Below, piece by piece: positions 59,701 to 64,000 of a stretch of DNA of 64,000 nt. The DNA lies in the NCBI GenBank assembly GCA_002104905.1, contig MCFE01000007.1, forward strand, positions 124,001-188,000, given 5' to 3'. The position numbers and the translations under genes were made by a program. This DNA is from Basidiobolus meristosporus CBS 931.73. Its lineage: Eukaryota; Fungi; Basidiobolomycota. Every line of letters begins with the position of its first letter. Within the stretch, counting starts at the first letter, position 1. Below the pieces are notes generated by a model. The model did no database searches, was not told the origin of the DNA, and saw nothing but the letters and a program-made list of their open reading frames with translations.

Positions 59701-61059
59701 GATCTTCAGGACTCCCACCGCGGCTTCCATATCGACTCCGCTCATTAATTGAGCTACATCAAGGGTGAACACATTAGGAGCATACATCATTGGGCCCAAC
59801 ACAGCATTTGTTTGATCTCTGATGAATGTTTGAAGCCCAGGAACGTGGGCAATATCAAAACCGAACGTCTCGCCTCCAATTGGCTTCAAGACATAATCGA
59901 TAAGCGGTGGCTCCATGAAGCTGACATCGGCAGTCCTAACGTGGGGAAAAGTACTCATTAAATGAAGTACAATTCTCATTCTTCCCTTGAATGCAAAGTC
60001 TTCAACCAAGACAGGGATACCTGCCCCGACGAACCCTTTACCAACGCGAATTTCTAGGCAAATCTTAGGATTTGTTTTTCTTTCCAACTCCCGTTTAGTC
60101 ATATCTATGATATCGTTGGGAGTGAAAGAGAATTCCCACTCCATTTCCACTTTTTCATCATCATGGTTGTCAAGTGTTTTGACAGAATCGACTCTTGGAG
60201 CTTTAGTACCGAGCGTGAAATGGGATAGTCTCAGCGAGTCAAGAAAACCGGGAGTGTTTTCGGCAAGGATGCCATCCGCGATTTCAACCACCATTGCTGA
60301 AAGTACAGGCTCGTATATCAACCAAAATTTACTGACAAAGCTGTTTAGCCATTCAGTGGATTCTGCATCTTGGAACAGTTTGTTGATTGCCAATTGGCGG
60401 GTGATATCGTCACGAACATTACGTCGGTGGCGTTGTACTGAATTAGTGTAGTACTGTGCACCGAATGCAAGGACTATCAAACACCATCCAAATCCAAAAT
60501 GAAGGCGAGATACAAGAAACCCGGTAAACACCAATACGGTGATAGCGATGTAATTTTGCCACTCCTGGCCCGAGTATTTCTTCATAAAATCCTCACTCGA
60601 CTCCTGCCAACCTACAACGGGTGGTGGGAGATTTTTCTTCGCATCTGCTTTTTCAACAGGTTTGGATGCTTCAGCCTTCGCGTCAGAACTTGCATTGGTG
60701 GAGGGTATTTCTGTCTTCGAGGGTAAAGTTGCATCACTGATCACCGCTTTTGCTGATGGCCCATCTACAATGGGATTGTTATCTGTCACGTCAGTGATAC
60801 CTGCAGCTTCCTTCGCAATCCTCGCCTTCTCTTCTGGGGTCTCATTCGGGTTAAAAGAATGGACTGGTGCCTTAGAATCTGACATGATTTCATCAGCAAC
60901 CGCACGAGCTTCGCTAGGTGTTACTTGTGTCGGACCATTAGCCTCACCGTTGGCTGAATTTGGAAAGTTGGATGGTTGACCGGGAGAATTGTTGGGATGA
61001 GTTATGTCAGGAATCTGTGTGGTAGGCTGGTTCGACTCATAACCAGGCTCGTTAGACAT
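56719..61059 (-). CDS. TCB: Tricalbin / extended synaptotagmin (TM hairpin, SMP domain, multiple C2 domains), intronless, 1446 aa
   Basis: ESTEWLNSFVSKFWLIYEP...LGTKAPRVD SMP domain and repeated C2 motifs (SDPYV...LNPVWDE, NPTWNE, NPEFNE, APIWNE). Confidence 0.97.
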   Translation of the reverse strand: MSNEPGYESNQPTTQIPDITHPNNSPGQPSNFPNSANGEANGPTQVTPSEARAVADEIMSDSKAPVHSFNPNETPEEKARIAKEAAGITDVTDNNPIVDGPSAKAVISDATLPSKTEIPSTNASSDAKAEASKPVEKADAKKNLPPPVVGWQESSEDFMKKYSGQEWQNYIAITVLVFTGFLVSRLHFGFGWCLIVLAFGAQYYTNSVQRHRRNVRDDITRQLAINKLFQDAESTEWLNSFVSKFWLIYEPVLSAMVVEIADGILAENTPGFLDSLRLSHFTLGTKAPRVDSVKTLDNHDDEKVEMEWEFSFTPNDIIDMTKRELERKTNPKICLEIRVGKGFVGAGIPVLVEDFAFKGRMRIVLHLMSTFPHVRTADVSFMEPPLIDYVLKPIGGETFGFDIAHVPGLQTFIRDQTNAVLGPMMYAPNVFTLDVAQLMSGVDMEAAVGVLKITVRSGRNLKNLEFMGMSDPYVILQCNNRAELGRTSVKKNTLNPVWDETYFILLHRLSDTLSLEVYDKEEVKKDRSLGTASFDLSTLSESPEQVDVLAKVIREGGKQCGELLFDVAYSPVVPPIKNEDGTESPVESNSGILKVFVHQGKGFSTSGNPYGILKLNGHEVLKTQVIKKKDNPLWEKNVEMFISDKKSALFGFEAYDERGFASDPLTGKLNVTLEQALNRNNDNPWYDLEGSSGKVRMSFVWRPVVIKGGAISAGRLAPPLGVIRLDLLSARKLKKMDLMGKSDPYVVVSIANKQKARTEVIEDNLDPTWNETHFIGVRNPRENITVEVYDWDKFGKDSIIGSTSFKLEEILGPQISENQYGEGTVKEYQPAIRHEGKETGTLRFNAHFYPTEPITTPQAEHEAAVKEPGNDLVNQELEETTEPIDYTKYDTGLMSVLIGSTKEMRKQFDSCFAEVLLNNNEYNVVHRTEVKKKVTDPIFNEECEVFVQEALFTKISVLIRQNNENRTVIARTTLSASEILEHLTKTNSNESSWYEFENHPGKIQLAFKFTPVNIEIDESLSVTNKGVVAVKILKANRLQAADSSGLSDPFVVVKLNGEKIFKTKTIKKNLNPEFNEEFVASLMARNEDTLLFEIFDWNQLQSSESLGVVQVDAKNLEPSVEQVKEFPITNSQGTLTLSLLFTPEYVGKMMTDRKGTLHGAALGGAASVVGGTLGAGKQVVGGTLGAGKQVVGGTLGAGKHVVGGTLGAGKQVVGGAKGLFGLGKKKTGNDSQEMVVNDAVQPTNLPLEAGVASAAVVGANEMSADADSDATGDSGPENAGSETTGQPGTITIFILEGKDLPAADSNGMSDPYVKIRWGRKVVHKTKVIKKTLAPIWNESFTIPTNGSPLRLQFSVRDHNLLQDTALGDYQLDVWERISPASNILSDEFMAPLANAEKGQIKLRIEFSPEGGSHLNVPSDSSAPGSEVDGGSKKFGFGSFRKKSVSG
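57415..57558 (-). repeat. 33-bp / 11-aa tandem coding repeat (VVGGTLGAGK[Q/H] x4 + VVGG) in tricalbin
   Basis: Read directly from the translation; the DNA copies differ mostly at third codon positions. Confidence 0.95.
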
Positions 61060-64000
61060 GGTTTGAAACTACGAATTTATATTAAAGAAAGAAACCAAGA
61101 ACAGCAAGGGAAATATGAGTTTAAAGGAGGAAATACGATGTTCAGATTCTACACCCAGGAAGTCATATATTTATACCCCATGCATTTCCGAATCGAGCAT
61201 TCTGTGTAACTTCCAAATAACCTCGTCAGCACACCATATATGTTGATCAACCTCACTTGGCATTCTAGGAGGTTGCTATGAGAGCATCATGAGAGATAAA
61301 GTAGTTTACTCAGCATATATTATATTAGATCATACCAATTATGAAGCAATAACATCACTATGACTAGAATCTGATGATATGATCAAGGTCGGATTTAGTG
61401 CAATATTCACCTGCCTTGTTTAGTTGATATTAGCTAAAATGAAATCGACATTTCGATAATATTCCAAATCATGCCGCTTGGGATTCAAAATCACCGTCAT
61501 ATTTCATTGTTTTTGCGAAAATACGCGCTACATTTCAACTTCAGTTGGCTTCTATTGTTGATTGCTCCCTTCCCCCGAAACGTCACAGATCCAGCAACGA
61601 CGTTTGCGGATCTACACCTCCTTACAATATACTTGCGTTATCAAGAGGGCAAGGGTTTTACTCTGTCCAAGGTGGTAGGCTAGATTCGATGCGCATTAGA
61701 AAACTATATTCATTTATTGTAGCATTCTGTATACTACATATAGCCGAAAAGAATGGATGTAGTCGTAAAATAGCAAAAAACAGCCTTGCTATCCTGATTT
61801 CCTTTATTTTTTGATGTTTTCCTGCTTCACAGTTGAGTGTGGAGCTTGAAGTAGCTGTTGTGCAGGACCAATGTTTCTGAATACCAGATGCTATGGGATC
61901 TACTTATTTAAGCTCATCAATGCCATTACATTTTGTGGCGCGTTACAAGATAATGTGTACACAATTTATACTGATTCTTAATTGATACGAATCGCTCAAC
62001 TAATTGGCTCGAATCTAAAACATGAGGTAGGAGACTGAATACGTGACATGTGCAACCTCGCCCAGAAGCAGCGTCACTCGCCAGTAAAACTGGTGATTTG
62101 GTTTTGTGGTGGCCAGCTAATAGCGCTTGGCTTAAGAAAGGCGATGGTTAGCTTCGAGCGCAGAAATCCGGAAACTGCGATACAGAGAATACTTGTCAAT
62201 TTCTTTTTGTTGGTGGATTTTATTTTGCACTGCTTTTCAGTAATCGGTTGCTGAAGTCTTTATATGGTATGCGATGTGTGAACTATTTCGTGTCATGAAC
62301 AAACTCTTGACGCTTTTACTCCGAGACCCCTCAAATGGAGAGAGGAGTCCCACTAATCCCAATCGTCTGAATATCACCAACTTTCGCGCTATCAGTTAGC
62401 CCGAAGAATCCAGCTGGAGTATAATTTAGTATATATGGGGTACTAGGGATTTTTTATTTTTACCTAGTAATAGTGAGCAACGCAACTCCTGATAAACGAG
62501 AAATTGCTGGCATTTGATTCTGTCGATATTTCGTATCAAATCATTATTTATGCTACTTTAGAAGGATTCGTGACCTCATTGATGGTCCCTAACCTAAATT
62601 ATCTTGGTCTTAGAATTGAGATACCCATGTCCTCACCAAAGAAGGCAGTCACTGAGTCTTATCTCCCTGGCTATATCATGTGATACATGACGCACTCTTC
62701 ATAATCAAATCGTTACATCACGTCCTGGTACCGATATGTGTCAGCTAATATCAACAGATATTTAAATGATATTTTTCTTTGTGTTTGGATTCATGCCACT
62801 ATGGTGGATACTTTGGTCTGGAGACCTTTGGGATTAGTATCAACCATCATTTCTGACCCACATTTGCTTAACTACGAATCATGCTACTTCGGAGTTTATA
62901 CCATATCTCCCTTACCTGCACAGCAACATTCCTATATAATATCCTCTTAATCTCTACGCTATTTCGTGGTCCTAGCGGTATGCGTATGGAATACATACCC
63001 AAAGTATATTTTTACCTTCTATCACAATGCGTATCCTCTAAGACTGATTATGCCTCTTCTAGGTTTGATACCTATATAATATTGCTACTAGGGATTTAGT
63101 ACCACGATTACCCTGTTGTGATTGATTGTTATGGGAATCTAAGACGTAACATCACTTTGACACTGTTAGGAGCACAGCTTCAGTATCCGATGAACTACAC
63201 TGCTGCCGCCCCTTTATTTTCCGACCAGGCAGAGGAAGCATACGGAAAAGCAGTATAAGAGTATTTCGAAAAATTTGTAGTCTTGTAAACAAGGTTCAAC
63301 CGGGTGTATATATTTTCACATTACTTGGCATATTCGAGTTCGGATAATGCATTCACAAATCAAAGCGCTGGAATGCAGTTGCTGTGTATGAGTGGATATT
63401 CTGCAGGGCCATCAACTGTAGGTGATGGTATACATACGCATATTAAAATCAGATATCAGTTAAAATGAACCCCTGAACATGTGTACGCACGGATCCGTTA
63501 TTGCGACATACAAACATTTATAGAGATCTCTTGTACTCCAAGTGGGCTCATACATTAGCTTCACCCTTTTAGAATGATTATCTTGACGATCAAACCTTAA
63601 GTGTGGTTGAATACTTGACTAGACAAAAATAGTGCAATAATCATGATCATCGTTCGAAGTGATTCACTTCGGTATCAGTATGTTTTAAGTCACTGCAGAA
63701 ACAACTATGCGTACCTCAAAAATATCGGATAATTGAGTGATCATTATTGATCCCACATTACACTGAATGGTATTCGAGAATGACAATTTTTAAAATGGCT
63801 TGCTACTTACCCCAATAGGATATTCGAATAGCATAGCGTGTGAAGCAAGCACATCGCACCACCGATTTTGAGAAAAAGGGTGTATTTTTCGGTTGAATGG
63901 GGGCAAAGTACGATTATTTGGCACATTTTGAGCAGAATGGTAGGGGTTCAAGTTGTCATTGCTGAAATTTCAACTGTTGCCAACATTATGTCTCTATTAT

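Noticed and set aside
56633-60979. Many plus-strand ORFs of 60-222 aa
   Set aside because: Antisense shadows of the tricalbin CDS; the same applies to shadows over PHGDH, GH20, OYE and PHO89.
62881-63290. Long frame with interspersed stops that could be a pseudogene
   Set aside because: I could not match it to any family.
1-64000. tRNA, rRNA, CRISPR arrays or prokaryotic operon structure
   Set aside because: None seen; GGTTCG-like hits lie within introns, CDS or non-foldable context, and the spliced genes show the DNA is eukaryotic.

Overview
This is eukaryotic DNA, most likely from an early-diverging fungus. The evidence is short 54-72 nt GT-AG introns with CTAAC/CTAAT-like branch sites, fungal-type genes and an animal-like FAM72 family; a Basidiobolus-like host is plausible but unproven. 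The window has two compartments. Bases 1 to ~25,830 are a strongly CpG-depleted nest of transposons: two copies of a CACTA/CMC element, a full-length Ty3/Gypsy element, a 4-kb PIF/Harbinger-superfamily (PHIS) element with an intact, CpG-free transposase plus its 211-bp MITE, and several interleaved Ty1/Copia copies and LTRs. Bases ~25,900-64,000 have normal CpG content and carry host genes: a spliced CRIB-domain gene, phosphoglycerate dehydrogenase, a LITAF-like protein, an intronless bacterial-looking GH20 hexosaminidase, a Pcl/Pho80-type cyclin, an Old Yellow Enzyme, two tandem spliced FAM72 paralogs, a Pho89/PiT phosphate symporter, a Ser-rich unknown, an MBL-fold hydrolase, a spliced C1+PH gene and a tricalbin. 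The CRIB, FAM72 and C1+PH genes appear in the ORF track only as fragments or not at all; I reconstructed them by manual splicing. All alignments, counts and coordinates were done by eye, and no database search was run.
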